NCBI RefSeq assembly: GCF_018350175.1
Contig: NC_058368.1
Span: 107,510,001 to 107,574,000 of the forward strand
Length of the DNA stretch: 64,000 bases
From: Felis catus
Lineage: Eukaryota
Direction: 5' to 3'
Shown one piece after another: positions 50,536-63,945 of this stretch. The position numbers and the translations under genes are program-made. The notes below the pieces were generated by a model. That model ran no database searches and was not told the DNA's origin. It saw only the letters and a list, made by a program, of their open reading frames with translations. Positions within the stretch are counted from its first letter, which is position 1; each line of letters begins with the position of its first letter.

Positions 50536-52789
50536 TCAGTCATTGGTATATGGCTGCTTTTCAGTGTGTTTTAATTCTTCTATTATGAGTAAAGTACCAG
50601 TCATCTTACTAGAAAAATAAGATTTGCTAGCATTGTTTTCATCAAAAAATTATGTTCTGTAGACTTACAGAAACTATTTATTGAATAGGTCTGTGGTACA
50701 CTAACATTGTATTCTCATTTCTCCTCTCTCAGCAGTCTATTGCATTAAAATGGGGAAATGACTCTTCCTATGAAGGACTGAGCAACATTCACTTTCTAAA
50801 GCTATTGGGTTATAATTTAATACTTTAAACGTGGCATATGTATCAAATATTACCTTTATATAAGATTTCGTTTAACTCTAAATGGGAAATGTTATAGAAA
50901 AGGACAGAGGATCACTTTGTTTTTAGTTATCAGTCAGTCATGAGACGTGAGTAGTAAATATTAAAAACAAATGATATATGTGGTGTTATTTTATTAATCA
51001 AGAAAAATAACCAAAAAAAGGAAAAGTAGAATCTAAGCACTCTAATGGCACATTTGAATCTCTAGATGTCTAAAGAGTGGTGGGTGGCATTCACAGTGGG
51101 CCGTGGGAACAGTACAAAATGGAACCCTGAAAAGCCCAAACCCTGGTCCTCCACACTCATTCTAAGGAAAGCTCCCTGATGACATGCTCGGTATGCAATT
51201 AAAAAAAAAAACAACACACACAAACAAACAAAAAACAAGACAAAAAGCTTTTTTTATTTACTAATTAGTTTAACATTAGAGGGGCCTATTGAAAGTAACC
51301 TATTAGAAGCAGTTTTTTAGCCAAAGGGAAAATAAAATCAGATCCTTCAGAGTTTTAATTACTGGAAAGAAGTGTAAAGTTAAAAAAGAACAGTAGTGAA
51401 TGCATGCGTGGTTAACGCATGGCCAATTCCCAGATACTAATCCTTGAGAGTTTCCTTCCCTGATAAAGCTAGCAGGAGTTGGGGACCTGACAGATGGAAG
51501 GGGCATGGCTGATTGGATTGGTTATAAAAACAAGTAGCCAAAAAGTTTCTAGATAAAATAAATATGAGTCATAAAACAGTTCTTAAAGTCCTCTGTGGCT
51601 GAGGATCCTGAGAACCTTGTCTGATTCAATGGCAATAAAGGTAATTGTTTTCTAGAGCTGTCAGTCTAGGTCTTGGGCTCTGAAGGTGAAAAGTAAGCAT
51701 GCTATGTTCATAATTTTAACAAATCCTCCTTCCTCTGGAGGCTAATCATTGTTAATTTCTTGTTTCGTCTATTAAAGTAGTAATGCCATAATTACAAAGG
51801 GAGGGGACTGCATGCCCCCTGGATATAGATCTGTGTTTATGGATTTTGAGGTCCCAGTCACTCAATTTCTGGCAAGAAAAGAAGCTAAAAAAGACTGCAG
51901 CTGAGAATTCTCAGAGTTGAAAAGCAGTGGTAATTGTCACAAATTACCACATGAAATTGTTAGTTATATTCCTAAACAATGGCCCTACTTTAGCAATGTA
52001 CCCCAAAATTTCTTGTCACTTTCCTTTAGTAGAAAACTCGAGTGTTAACCTTTAATACTATTTTGAAAGTTGCTAGTTTGCAACCTGATTATACCCTGTT
52101 AAACTTAGTGGTATTTTAAAGCAGATGCTCTATCATTTCCCAAAAAGACTGTGTTGATCACAAAGCTCACTTGCACGTTGCTCACTTCTTGATTTTCTCC
52201 ATAACCATACATATAGAATAATGCTACCACACTCAAACATTTGTGTCATTACTAGGAATCATTTTTCCTAGTCAGTCCTGGATGTTGAATTTTTCTCATG
52301 CAAGTCATTTTGACTTAGAAAGGTTCTAAATAGTTTTTTCAGAAAATATGAGTAATATTCACTGGGTTTACGCAGAAACAAAAATATCAGGTGAAGCAGT
52401 ATATCTATTTTTGTTAATTCTGATCAGCAAAATGAGAAACGTGTCGTCAGTCAGAATCAAGTAAGCTGAAGTCCTTGAAGATATGAGCTTTTCTGTCATT
52501 ACATTGAATGTGCATAATTAACTGATCCATTTAATTAGGATTTGGTTAATCCTTGTAAGGGCTGAAATGGATACTCTTTCATTGTGGTTAACTCCACAAT
52601 GCTATCGAACTACAGAACATTAAGAGTATCACTTGACTTGCTGGCGTTTTTCAAACATCAAAGGCTAACAATTAAATAAAACTAATATTTGTATTGAAAA
52701 AAAAAATCACTCCTTATCTCAGGTTCCCCAAAATGGATGCCTTAAAATGCAAACAAGCAAAGAGACCCCATATTTTAAGAACAAGTGAG

Positions 52790-52960
52790 TTAGAATAATC
52801 TGAACAACTCTTTTAATTCTTACAACAAATCACACGTTGGCATAACTATTACCTCCTTATTACAAATGAAGGAATGGATACATGTAAGTGGTTTCCCTGA
52901 GGTCACATAAGTAATAAATGGCAGAGCTATGACTAAAACCTAGGTCTCATTTGATTCCAG
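52790..52960 (-). mobile_element. MIR SINE
   Basis: 'ttattacaaatgaaggaa...ccctgaggtcacataagtaataaatggcagagct'. Confidence 0.8.
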
Positions 52961-52984
52961 TGCTGAACAGTTGGTATCCACACT

Positions 52985-53240
52985 GGGGAGGCAGTACGAA
53001 ACATAAAGCTCTAGTCATTGCCCAAGGTCAAACCCTTGCCTCACAACTGGCTACCTTTGTAATCTGAGGACTTTAATTTATTTTCCTACATCTAGAGATT
53101 CTCAAAATGCAAAGTGAAGAGGATATTAATATAAGTTATCTCATTGGGGTGTTTTAAACTGTAGCTGTAGGAGAAAAGACATATAAAGTGCTGAGCATTA
53201 TCTCCAGCACATCCTAAGTGCTCAATGAATATTTTCTATC
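52985..53240 (+). mobile_element. MIR SINE
   Basis: 'ggggaggcagta...aaagtgctgagcatt...taagtgctcaatgaatatt'. Confidence 0.65.
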
Positions 53241-53856
53241 CCAATGTGCATAGAATTAGACACTCTCTAGGTGTCTAGGTGTAGGATTTCCTGGGTCCAT
53301 CTTAAGAGATATTGATGGCCCAGTAAGGAAGCTATAGATGGAAAACTTCGTTGGCTATTTAGTTATCATAAAGTCTAATCAGTAATGCAACCTATTTGTG
53401 GCATGTCTGATATTTTCCAATTGATTTACAAGGACCTGGAGATATGAAAAAGGAAGACATTTCATCTGTATTCAAGTAAACCACCCCCCATTTGTTGGAA
53501 TACAGCCAAATAATAAATAGAAAATGAAAACTAAAACCTGTTGAGAAAGGAACTCACAGATTCCCAGATCATCTCAAAAAGGGCTTTAAAGTGGAACTTG
53601 GAAAATCACACATGACTCTTCAGAAGTCTACATATCATTTTATGTATTTGGAAGGGATCTGAGTTGGAGACAGAGACGAAGCTGAAGATTTAAGAAAGGT
53701 TCATATAATAAAGGATAGTAAATGGTAGTCTGAAGAATTTCAGTTTTATCCTCTAAATAATAAGGATTTAATAAAGTATGATAAGTAGGAGATGGACACA
53801 GTTACATGGACACTTAGGAAATCCCTACAAAGATGGAGATTGGCTTGAAGATGCAC

Positions 53857-54270
53857 TGTATCAGGTGGATTAAGTTTGGCTGAATCGAACAGAAATCACA
53901 AAACAGCTGTGGCCACGGGCAAAGGTAGGCACACACGGAATGGATCTAGCATCTCTCTGTCATATTTTTAGTGCATGGCTAAAGTCATCAAGGTCACATC
54001 AGGATGACAGCTGAATATCCACTCCTATTGGATCTACATAGCGGTCATCAAACATGAAAAGAGGGAAAGAGGGAAAAATTGGTTGACCCAGCTGAGTCAG
54101 CCTCCCTTAAAGAGATTTATAGGGATCCCACCCCACATCTTACTTACTGCCTACTTCAGAATGGAAAAAAAGCTGTTATACACTGCTCTATGCAACAATA
54201 TAGGGGCTCAGTTACTATAAAAAGGGGCAAAAGAATTATTAAGTGATTAACTAGATGCCTGCGTGAGTAA
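53857..54270 (-). mobile_element. MaLR MLT1J/K-like LTR
   Basis: 'attaagtttggctgaatcgaacagaaa', 'ccagctgagtcagcctcccttaaa' motifs. Confidence 0.55.
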
Positions 54271-54447
54271 CACTGTTAAACACTTTTAAAGTAGTAGAAT
54301 TCCAGTGAGAATTGCTGCTAAGGTAGTATCTGTGAAAGTAGGAAGAAGGGACTCTATTCTTAGATCTCTTAAGAAAACAATTGTGCTAAGAAAAAAAAGC
54401 TACTTTTATCCCTTAGTATTCTACATGAATATAAAAATAGTTGTTCA

Positions 54448-54652
54448 GGGACACTTGGGTGGCTCAGTCAGTTAAGAATCCAACTTCATCTCAGGTCACG
54501 ATCTCACACTGTGAGTTTGAGCCCCGCGTTGGGCACTGTGCTGACAGCTCAGAGCCTGGAGCCTGCTTTGGATTCTGTGTCTCTATTTCTCTCTGTTCTC
54601 CCCTACTAGTGCTCTCTCTCTCAAAAATAAACATTAAAAAAAATTTTTTTTA
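54448..54652 (+). mobile_element. CanSINE
   Basis: SINEC body. Degenerate TSD aaata(g/t)ttgttcag. Confidence 0.95.
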
Positions 54653-54918
54653 AATATTTGTTCAGTCTTTTTTTTTCCCCAAAATATCTTATAGGAATTC
54701 TATTTGAAATTGCATTAAATTCCTTTATTAATATCAGTAGAGAATTCATACTTTTGTGACTTTAAGTCTTCTTATCTAAGAATATGATGAGTCTCTGTCT
54801 AAACCTTGTTTTATAATTTTTTTTAATTTGTATTTTTCTTTAGATAGCTCCATTGTCTTAATAATATAATAATATTTAATAACGTTTTCCTAATTCTCTT
54901 ACATTCTAGGTCATTCTT

Positions 54919-55149
54919 TTTTTATTTATTTTTTTATTTTTTTTTTCAACGTTTATTTATTTTTGGGACAGAGAGAGACAGAGCATGAACGGGGGAGGGG
55001 CAGAGAGAGAGGGAGTCACAGAATCTGAAACAGGCTCCAGGCTCTGAGCCATCAGCCCAGAGCCTGACGCGGGGCTCGAACTCCCGGACCGCGAGATCGT
55101 GACCTGGCTGAAGTCGGACGCTTAACCGACTGCGCCACCCAGGCGCCCC
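54919..55149 (-). mobile_element. Young SINEC_Fc
   Basis: Near-consensus, CpGs intact. TSD acattctaggtcattctt at 54901-54918 and 55150-55167. Confidence 0.97.
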
Positions 55150-55449
55150 ACATTCTAGGTCATTCTTGAAAATTAATTTTTATTATTACCACATGTAGGA
55201 GAATATTGCTTATATAAAGAAAAAGTATTAACTTTTTTGCACATACCTTGAATCCAGCCACATTATACAAATATATTGTTAATTCTAGCATGGTATTTCT
55301 GAATTCTCTTGTTTTTTGTAGTGATAAATCTTTATCATTGTAAAAATCAGTGTTTTAGCTCTACCTTCCCCATATTTATACTCTTACTTTACTCTTACTG
55401 CATTCACTTGAATCTGCAATTCATTGTTGAAATGTAATGGACATATTTA

Positions 55450-55672
55450 GGGGCATCTGGGTGGCTCAGTTGTTAAGCATCTGAGTCTTGGTTTCAGCTT
55501 GGGTCATGATCTCATAGTTTCATGAGTTCGAGCCCCCACATCAGGCTTTGCACTGGCAGCATAGAGTCTGCTTGGGATTCTCTCTCTCCCTCTGTTTCTG
55601 CCCTGCCCCCCCCCCCTTACACTGTGTCTGTCTCTCTCAATACAAATAAATAAACTTAAAAAAATTTTTTTT
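55450..55672 (+). mobile_element. CanSINE
   Basis: SINEC body. TSD aatgtaatggacat(a/g)ttta. Confidence 0.95.
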
Positions 55673-55927
55673 AATGTAATGGACATGTTTATTTTTGCTT
55701 TTTATTCAAAAATTTAATATTTGTCATTTAAAGTATATATTGTTTTAAAAAAAAACTAATATCCCTTAACAAATTTTATACTTTTTATTTTCCTTAGAGA
55801 GTTTCTTATAAATCACTACTAAATTAGATTAAATGCCTTAACAAACTTATTAAGTGGGTTTTCTTAATTTTCTTAGTTAATTTATTATTAACCTTATTAT
55901 GACATTTTTCATTATTTCGCTTTTTTA

Positions 55928-56028
55928 GGGATCCCTGCGTGGCTCAGTCAGTTAAGCATTGGACCTCAGCTCAGGTCACGATCTCATGGTCCGGGGGTCC
56001 AAGCCCGCATCAGACTCTGTGTTGACAG

Positions 56029-56059
<31 letters not shown>

Positions 56060-56090
56060 AGAAATAAGTAAACATAAAAAAAAATTAAAA
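55928..56090 (+). mobile_element. CanSINE with internal deletion
   Basis: Head, then 'gacagctc' joined directly to (CT)n and the tail. Confidence 0.9.
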
Positions 56091-56662
56091 ATTTTTTTAT
56101 ACCTGGAGTAAATGTTGACGGGTCATAGATGAAATCTTTTTACTTAAATCTCTCATGTATTTTCATTTGTGACTTTTGATCTGTATTTTTTAACTGTATT
56201 TGCTGCATTTTGTTATTATTTTATGCTAACTTTATAAAATAAATTGGGGCATTTACTATCATTTTCTATAGCCTAGATTAGTTTAACACTGGAATTACCT
56301 GTTTCTTATGGATTAAATTTGAAAATGGCAAAACGACATGGGCTTCATTCATGCCTTTTCCCGTGGTAGATTTGAATGGCGGTTCCAGCATTTTCTCTGA
56401 TAATTGATCTTTTCAAACACAAGCAAGGGATAGAATTTGAGGAGCCACTGGACTTTAAGAAGCATGTGGGATTGGGCAAGTAAAGACCAGGTTGACCACG
56501 AAGGTTGACTTCGTGAAGATCCTTCCTTGCAAAGATGTTTGGGATCTTTGCACACCCTTGAGCAAGGGCATGGGCTGGAGTACCAAGAATGGCTAAGATA
56601 AAATTTTCTATCAGACTAGGCAGATTGAGATCAGATTAAGTCAGATTGAAAGAAAAGATAAA

Positions 56663-56890
56663 GGGGCGCCTGGGTGGCGCAGTCGGTTAAGCGTTCGACT
56701 TCAGCCAGGTCACGATCTCACGGTCCAGGAGTTCGAGCCCCGCGTCGGGCTCTGGGCTGATGGCTCAGAGCCTGGAGCCTGTTTTGGATTCTGTGTCTCC
56801 CTCTCTCTCTGCCCCTCCCCCATTCATGCTCTGTCTCTCTCTGTCCCAAAAATAAATAAACGTTGAAAAAAAAATTAAAAAAAAAAGAAA
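56663..56890 (+). mobile_element. Young SINEC_Fc
   Basis: Near-consensus body and A-tail. Confidence 0.97.
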
Positions 56891-57141
56891 AAAGAAAAAT
56901 AGGTATGACCTTTCTCATATACTCAAGTTCATGAAGCAGAATTATATACCTGCATTCGTTATTAACACTACTTAAGCTAGCAGATTCAGCCAGCTCAGAT
57001 CCTAACCTTGACCCCTCTGCTGCTAAGCCAGAGTTTGTCCATTTTTTTATAAAACACCCTGACCATGTCCACAGCTGCATATGTACAGCTATATACACAC
57101 ACTTTATCACTAATACCACATTATTTTTGAATAAATTTTCT

Positions 57142-57335
57142 TTTTTTTTTTAATTTCAAAAAAAGTTTTTTTCGGGGTGCTTGGGTGGTTCTTTTGGTTA
57201 AGTGTCCAACTCTTGGTTTCGGCTCAGGTCATGATCTCATGGTTTGTGAGTTCAAGCCCCACATCAGCACTGTACTGACTGTGTGGAGGCTGCTTGGGAT
57301 TCTCTCTCGCTCTCTATCTCTGTCCCCTCCCCTTA

Positions 57336-57372
<37 letters not shown>

Positions 57373-57628
57373 TTTTCTCAAAATAACTAAACTTTAAAAA
57401 AAAATAAAAATAAAAATAATTTTTTTTAATATTTATTTATTTTTCAGAGAAAGAGACAGCATGAGCAGGGGAGGGGCCGAGAGAACAGGGAGACACAGAA
57501 TCTGAAGCAGGCTCCAGGCTCTGAGCTGTCAGCACAGAGCCCAACGTAGGGCTCCAACCCACAAACTGTGAAATCATGACCTGAGCCCAAGTCGGATGCT
57601 TAACCCCCTCAGCCTCCCAGGCGCCCCC
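57142..57628 (-). mobile_element. CanSINE (body 57420-57628, tail remnant 57142-57172)
   Basis: TSD ttttgaataaattttct at ~57125-57141 and 57629-57645 encloses both SINEs. Confidence 0.9.
57174..57418 (+). mobile_element. CanSINE nested in the tail of the neighbouring SINE
   Basis: SINEC head, (CT)n, A-tail. Confidence 0.93.
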
Positions 57629-58295
57629 TTTTGAATAAATTTTCTATTATTGAATGCTAAAGATGGCCAAATCAACAAATGAATGTCTCATAATTCCTAA
57701 AATAAATTGTGGGTATCCCATTTGAGAATTATTTTCAAACTTTAAGAATAATATGTATCCTGTATCTCTCTGTTGTCTTTTATTTTCATCCTCTTATTTT
57801 CATGCCAATCTCATTTTTTCCCTCAGATACATTCCGAAATACGCCCTAATATTTACATTGATTATCACAATATTTACATTGATTATGCATCTGCCATAAG
57901 AAGCAAAGGATGAGATAGGTCTCAACTATGAATATGACTAGTTTGCTGCAATTTTTACCAACTGCCAGGTTGTGTGACTGAAACAGCAAATTAGTTCAGT
58001 CAAATTGATTATGCAAAGTGTTGAGACTTTGCACAAAGAATTGGCCCCTACTCTGCAGAACATGGAGTCATTGTCACCCTCTCTCCCAGAGCCATACACT
58101 CGCTGGAAATGTGACTTTGTTTTGAAGGCATGCCACTTCTGTGGCCTTAATAAGATTTGTGGAAACTTTGCCTATCTGATCTCTCATAGAGCAGAAGCCA
58201 ACTTTTCCAAATCTGAATCCTTTGATCCTTTGATGTAGACATTAATATGGAGTCTTCTTTCTATGGAGTACGGTAGTCATTTCTATTCAGGAAAG

Positions 58296-58465
58296 TTGGT
58301 GATTTTGAGCTCCGTGTTGGGCTCTGTGCCTGACGTCTCAGAGCCTGGAGCCTGCTTTGGATTCTGTGTCTCCCTCTTGCTGCCTCTCACTTGCTCATGC
58401 TGTGTGTCTCTCTCTTTCTCTATCAAACAGAAATAAACATTAAAAAATTTTTTTAAGAAAAAAAT
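58296..58465 (+). mobile_element. 5'-truncated CanSINE
   Basis: Starts mid-body; 'ctcagagcctggagcctgctttggattctgtgtctccc' and tail. Confidence 0.88.
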
Positions 58466-58569
58466 AAATTAACACCCTCTATGTTTCTGGCCTTACCCTA
58501 AATGTTGTCAGTACAGCCGAGAGCAGCTACCCATGATAATATCATGGAATTTGCATTCTATTTTTTTTT

Positions 58570-59090
58570 AAGTTACATAAATAATACAGAGGATTTATAT
58601 TCTCTCCCTTTAATGTTAACATCTTACATAATCAGAGTGCATTTGTTAAAACTAGCATTGATACAGTATTACTGACTTTATTCAGAATTCACCAATTTAC
58701 CCACACATAGCCTTTTTCTCTTTCAGGATCCAATCAATGTAGGATACCACATGGCATTTAGTGATCTTGTTTGCTCAGTCTCCTCTGATCTAAGACAATT
58801 TCTTTGTCTTGTCTTTCATGAAGTTGACAGTTTTAAAGAGTATTATTGGTCAGGTATCTTGTAAAATGTCCCTTAATTTAGGTTTGTCTGATGTTTTCTC
58901 ATTGTTAGCCTGCGGTTATGGAATTTGGGGATGAAAACACCCCATTTATTTATTTTTCAAAAATAAGATTTAAGACTTTATTTATATTTGACCAGTTTTT
59001 ACCAAGATTTTCCTCTTCGTGTTCCAAGCTCTGATCCAGGATACCACGTTGTACTTAACTGTCGTGACTCTCCACTTGCCTTTAGTTTGT
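58570..59090 (-). mobile_element. L1MC-type 3'UTR fragment inside an L2
   Basis: 'aatgttaacatcttacataatc...caggatccaatc...gataccacatggcatttagt'. Confidence 0.7.
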
Positions 59091-59750
59091 GAGTTTACAG
59101 TCTAAATGGAGAGAGAGGTAGCAAAGAAGTAGATAGGCAGTAATAGTATAATGTAGTGATAATTGCCAGAAAGAAAATAAAGCAGGATAAAGGGATCTTG
59201 AATGCTAGAGGGAGGGGTCCAAGGAAGTGACAAGTATGGGGACACTCAAATTATGAGGAATAAGGCAAATCTAGGTCTGGGGTAAGAACAAATGCGAATG
59301 GATGTTCTAAAGTAGGGAATAGTCTAACATGTCTAGAGCAGCTTGCAGGGCAGCTCAAGGTGCAGAAAACTGAGGAAGGGGAACATTGGTAGGGGATGAG
59401 GTCAAGGAGAGGCATAGAAACTAGGTAGGTGGGGTCTTGTAAGACAAAATGTAGATATGGGCTTCATCCTAAGTGGCTCACCAGAGAGTTCCAAACAGGA
59501 CCACAATTTGATTAATTTTAATATGGCTTCTGTGCTAATATAAAACTATAGGGGGCAGTATGTTTGGGGACAGCAGTCAGGAGGCCATTGCAGGCATCCA
59601 GGCTAGAGATGTTGTTTGCACGAGAATGTTACCATGGAGAAGAGAAGTTGAAATTCAGAATGTGTTTTAAGGAGGAGGTAATAGGAGTTGATGATGGACT
59701 GAATGGGTAGTGGGAAGGAAAACAACAGATCAAGGATGATCCATTTGCTT
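59090..59750 (-). mobile_element. L2 fragment (its 3' part at ~58470-58560)
   Basis: 'gtcaggaggccattgcaggcatccaggctagagatg...gatcaaggatgat'. Confidence 0.7.
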
Positions 59751-61454
59751 ATTTCAGTCTCTGTGGAAGAAACAGCAAGAACAACCTGAATGAACTGCAA
59801 AACGCCCAAATACAGATTACAGTTATTAGAGAGTTGAAAACATAAGTAACTTGTAATCATCATACTGTTTCCATTTCGCATCAAGTTTTTATTTCCAAGC
59901 AGAATTTCAGCAAGATTTCCATTGATTTCTCCTCTTTCGGTTCAGTAATTTCAGTGTATTCTGCTTGCTTGGGAGGGAACCTCTGGGCAGTTGAATCTAC
60001 TAACATTAATTTTTCAGTAGTCCATATGGTTTCTCTTCTTCTGGCTAAGGTAGTTTTTCAAACATTTGTGAAAGTGAACAATTTTAGTAATATTTAAAAC
60101 ATTTCACTTCTTATTTTTCTATAGCTGGATGCCTTGCCTAATCAAATTTTCAGAAGGATATTGTGCTTAGCTTGTGAAAAATTATGAGATTTTGAGTCAT
60201 CATGACTTACACATCTTGATCTTCAAAAAAAAAAACCCTCCTCAGGTGGAGAAAAAATACATGGTTTCTAATCATTTAGAACAGTGAAATTCCTAAAGGA
60301 ACGTGGGGGAAGAAAAGGCCTGCGATTATCTCCAGCTCTGATCTCAAGACTAAATTTGTGATTTACCTGTAACAAAGAGGTTATTAAGATGGTATATGTG
60401 ACAGTGGAATGAAAGCATGTGGCACCAGGAACGTGGGGCTGTCCTGAGACCTATAATGTCTTATTCTCTGCCAGATCCTTAGTGCCTCACTGTTTTAATC
60501 ACACAGCTCAGCTAGACCAAGAGGAGAGAGCCTAAAGAGCATTTTGGTTTAAGCACGAAGACCTTTAAAACAGTTTCAGCCATCATTTCAAAGCATATAG
60601 CAAAGCTTCCAACAGGAACGCAATCACATTTGCAGCTCTGGCCACAGGTGGATGCCTATTGAATGGATTTTTAGTGTTCATTGCAAGAGTCCACCAGGGA
60701 ATTAAGTATCAGCTTCCTGTTATTCAAACAAGGAAATTCGCTTCAGCTATTTTCTGAAACCCTTCCTCTCTGCAGGTGCAAGTGCTGGGTTTGATTTTTG
60801 AGGAAGTAAAATAGATTTTTCTAAGTGGCTCAACCCTATAGCAAGAAAAAAGGCTGCTGTAGCTTCACAAGGTGCCTCCATACCCCTTTCAGCTGGTGAG
60901 AACTGCATTTCATGACCAGATGAAAGTTATTTACCTTAGACACCCCACCCCCTCCTGGCAACTGTTTGGCCTGGAGTCTGGCCGCTTCTGCCCTCATCAT
61001 CAGCTTTTCAAGTTTACTGTCCTCTTTGTAAGTCTCAGGTCTTGTAGATGTTTGTTTTACCTGCCGTATTTCATAATTTTTGCCAAGATCTGAAAAAAAT
61101 ACTATATTTACTAGGTAAGAGTAAGGCTTGCAAACTGAATTCGTCCTAAAAGGTGCCTCAATAAGGGCTTTCTTGATTAAGAGGAATATAGTTCTGTGGA
61201 TCTGTATTACTCAGAGACTGTGTAAGAGCAGGATGGGAATAAAAGGAACAAAAAAAGGGAAAAGTGAAGAAAAAGGAGAAGGAATCATGACAAACCCCAA
61301 GGGATAGGGACAAGGTGGGGAGAAACTGTCATGTGCTGAGTGTGTAAAGGTGTGTGGCATACATGAGTGTTGAGGACAGTCAACACCACGGGTGAAGTTA
61401 TTATTTCTTGACCAACCTTGTGTGTACTTGAATACCATTTATGGATAGCAATTG

Positions 61455-61679
61455 ATTAATTTTATTTTTTAAATTTATTTTAGCATTTATTTATTTTTGA
61501 GAGAGACAGTGCGCAAGCTGAGGAGGGGAAGAGAGAGAGGGGAGACACAGAATCCAAAGCAGGCTCCAAGCTCCGAGCTGTCCACACAGAGCCCAACGCG
61601 GGGCTTGAACCCATGGACCTTGAGATCATGACCTGAGCCAAAGGCGACCACTTAAACTACTGAGCCACCCAGGCACCCT
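61455..61679 (-). mobile_element. CanSINE
   Basis: Reverse SINEC body. Confidence 0.95.
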
Positions 61680-61738
61680 CTTAGGAAAAATTTTAAATGA
61701 AAATTTGACCTTATATATTAGAGTGAAAATGTTTTCTT

Positions 61739-61981
61739 TTTTTTTTTTTCCTTTTTATTTTTTTTAATATTTTTTTCAACTTTTTTATTTATTTTTGGGA
61801 CAGAGAGAGACAGAGCATGAACGGGGGAGGGGCAGAGAGAGAGGGAGACACAGAATCGGAAACAGGCTCCAGGCTCTGAGCCATCAGCCCAGAGCCCGAC
61901 GCGGGGCTCGAACTCACGGACCGCGAGATCGTGACCTGGCTGAAGTCGGACGCTTAACCGACTGCGCCACCCAGGCGCCCC
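61739..61981 (-). mobile_element. Very young SINEC_Fc
   Basis: Consensus-like with all CpGs and a long tail. TSD gaaaatgttttctt at 61725-61738 and 61982-61995. Confidence 0.97.
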
Positions 61982-62529
61982 GAAAATGTTTTCTTAATAA
62001 AAAAAAATAACGCATGTGGTTTCTAAAAATAAGATAGGAAATAAGATTCTTGAACACATAAATAATGCTTTCTCATAATGAAACACATTCTTCAAGGACA
62101 TTTTCTGCCCTTTTCTTCTCTTTGTGCTCTTTCTAGGCAGTGCCATTCAGCTTCACACTTCAACTCTCACTTTGCAATGGGTGAATTAAACTTCCTATCC
62201 AGGCCCTGACCTCTAGACCTAAAACTGCCATCTCCGTCCTGCCTGAAATCAACGTTGTGAATTTCTGCAGTATTCTTTTACAAGACAATCAGTTGGCATC
62301 ACTATTCTGTTTAAAAAATTAAACCTGTAACAAGTCATTATGCACTCTCCATTTTACTAGTTGAGGTTTTTTGAATTTTGCTCTCAGGCTGTCTTTTAAA
62401 ACCTGTTTTTACCACTACCTTTCACATTTGCTATATTCCACACGGTCTCATCTTGCCATTTGTCACAGACAAATGTCGTTTCTCTTTCTGTGCCTGATCG
62501 CCTTTACTCCCTAGGGCAACCATAGAGAT

Positions 62530-62945
62530 TTGTCATTCAGTCTCTTTAAGAGAAACTGCTACAGAGAGCAGAGTTAACTGAAAAGCTGCAGGAGCCAGCC
62601 CTGTAACTGCTGAGGCCACATTTCCCTGGGCTACTCCCAGCCAGTGACTGATCACAGCACATAAGGAGTACTGGCTTCTTCCTGCCCTACGCAGTATTTC
62701 TCAGTCTACTTTTTGGTCAGGAGCCCCTCTCCTGCCTGAGACTTTCTCAAAAGTGTGCTGTCATCTGAAGCTCTGATTACTTAATCCTCCTTCCCTCTAA
62801 CCTTTCAAAAGGGGCAAGATTGCAACACAATCTCAGGCCCTCCCTGTCTACTCTTGCATTTTCACTCTTTATTCTTCGTTAGTATTCCCCCCAATAAATC
62901 TCTAGCATGCGTAGACCCATATTGGTGTCTACTTCTCAAAAGAGC
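62530..62945 (+). mobile_element. ERVL LTR16-like solo LTR within L2 debris
   Basis: 'ctactcccagccagtgactga' and 'caataaatctctagcatgc...ttggtgtctacttctc'. Confidence 0.7.
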
Positions 62946-63735
62946 TTCTCATCCTTCAAGATCAAATTCAAATGCCATTCATCAACACTTTTCCAGTTAA
63001 CTGAAACTCTTTCTTCCTCTCATGTCTCATATTCTTTCATTTCTCTTTTCATGGTATTTTGCACCTTTTAAAATTTATGAATAAGACATGTTTAACGGTA
63101 AGATGAAATAAGTCATTGTTTGCAGTCACCTAAAGGCAGCTATTCCTATCAGAGGAAGAGGGTGAACACATAGGCCAAGCTTGAGAAAGAGGTTTGGTAA
63201 CCTTAGCTTGAAAAAACGTGGGTAGGCATAAAACCAATTGGAATATTATAACCATTCATTCACATTTGACATTGTCTTGTATGATATATAAAGGTATGAT
63301 TACTTTAAAAATATTTTAATTTGCTCTTCAAGGAAAATTGACATTCCAAGGATCAGTAACAAATCAATCCTGTGTATTCTCATTCTCTTCACACACGGCA
63401 GTATGTATGCTCTACCTTGGGATGGATGATATAGGACTATAATCTTTTTAGATACCCAGATTCACATGAGGGTCTTTTCCCTTTGTTTCTTTATCTTTCT
63501 TCCCTTTTTTCTCCTCTCTCTTTGTTACCACATTCTATCCCTCTCTCCTTGTCTACTTTTCTTTCTCCCATATTTATCTCTCACCCTTATCACTTGGAGA
63601 TAAAATGCAAAGTAGCATGTACAGAGCTCAAATAGAACCATGAAAATGTACTATTAGAGCACTATGAACAAGGAGATTATATCTGGAGAAGTAACTTCAG
63701 GGGATGAACTGCAAGCTATCTGAAAGAAAAAGTTA

Positions 63736-63945
63736 GGGGTGCCTGGATGGCTCAGTTGGTTAAGCCTCCCACCTCAGCTCAGGTCTGTGGTCTCATGGTT
63801 TGTGAGTTCAAACCCTGCATTGGGCTCTGCACTGCTGATACAGAGTCTGCTTGGGATTCTCTCTCTCCCTCTGCCTGTCTTCCCTTTCCCCACTTGCACT
63901 TTCTCTCTCTCTCAAAATAAATAAATAAACTTTAAAAAGAAAAAG
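63736..63945 (+). mobile_element. CanSINE
   Basis: Head ggggtgcctggatggctcag, CT tract, A-tail. Confidence 0.95.

Noticed and set aside
56349..56555. 68-aa minus-strand ORF as an upstream exon
   Set aside because: No convincing splice sites or recognisable protein motif.
57848..57886. 18-bp direct repeat aatatttacattgattat
   Set aside because: Ordinary short tandem duplication in AT-rich DNA.
61795..62010. Recurrent 'GQRETEHERGRGRERGRHRI' ORFs (also 35387-35617 and 56718-57119)
   Set aside because: Antisense translations of SINEC_Fc.
13661..63945. tRNA-like A/B-box heads as tRNA genes
   Set aside because: They are tRNA-derived CanSINE heads followed by CT tracts, A-tails and TSDs.
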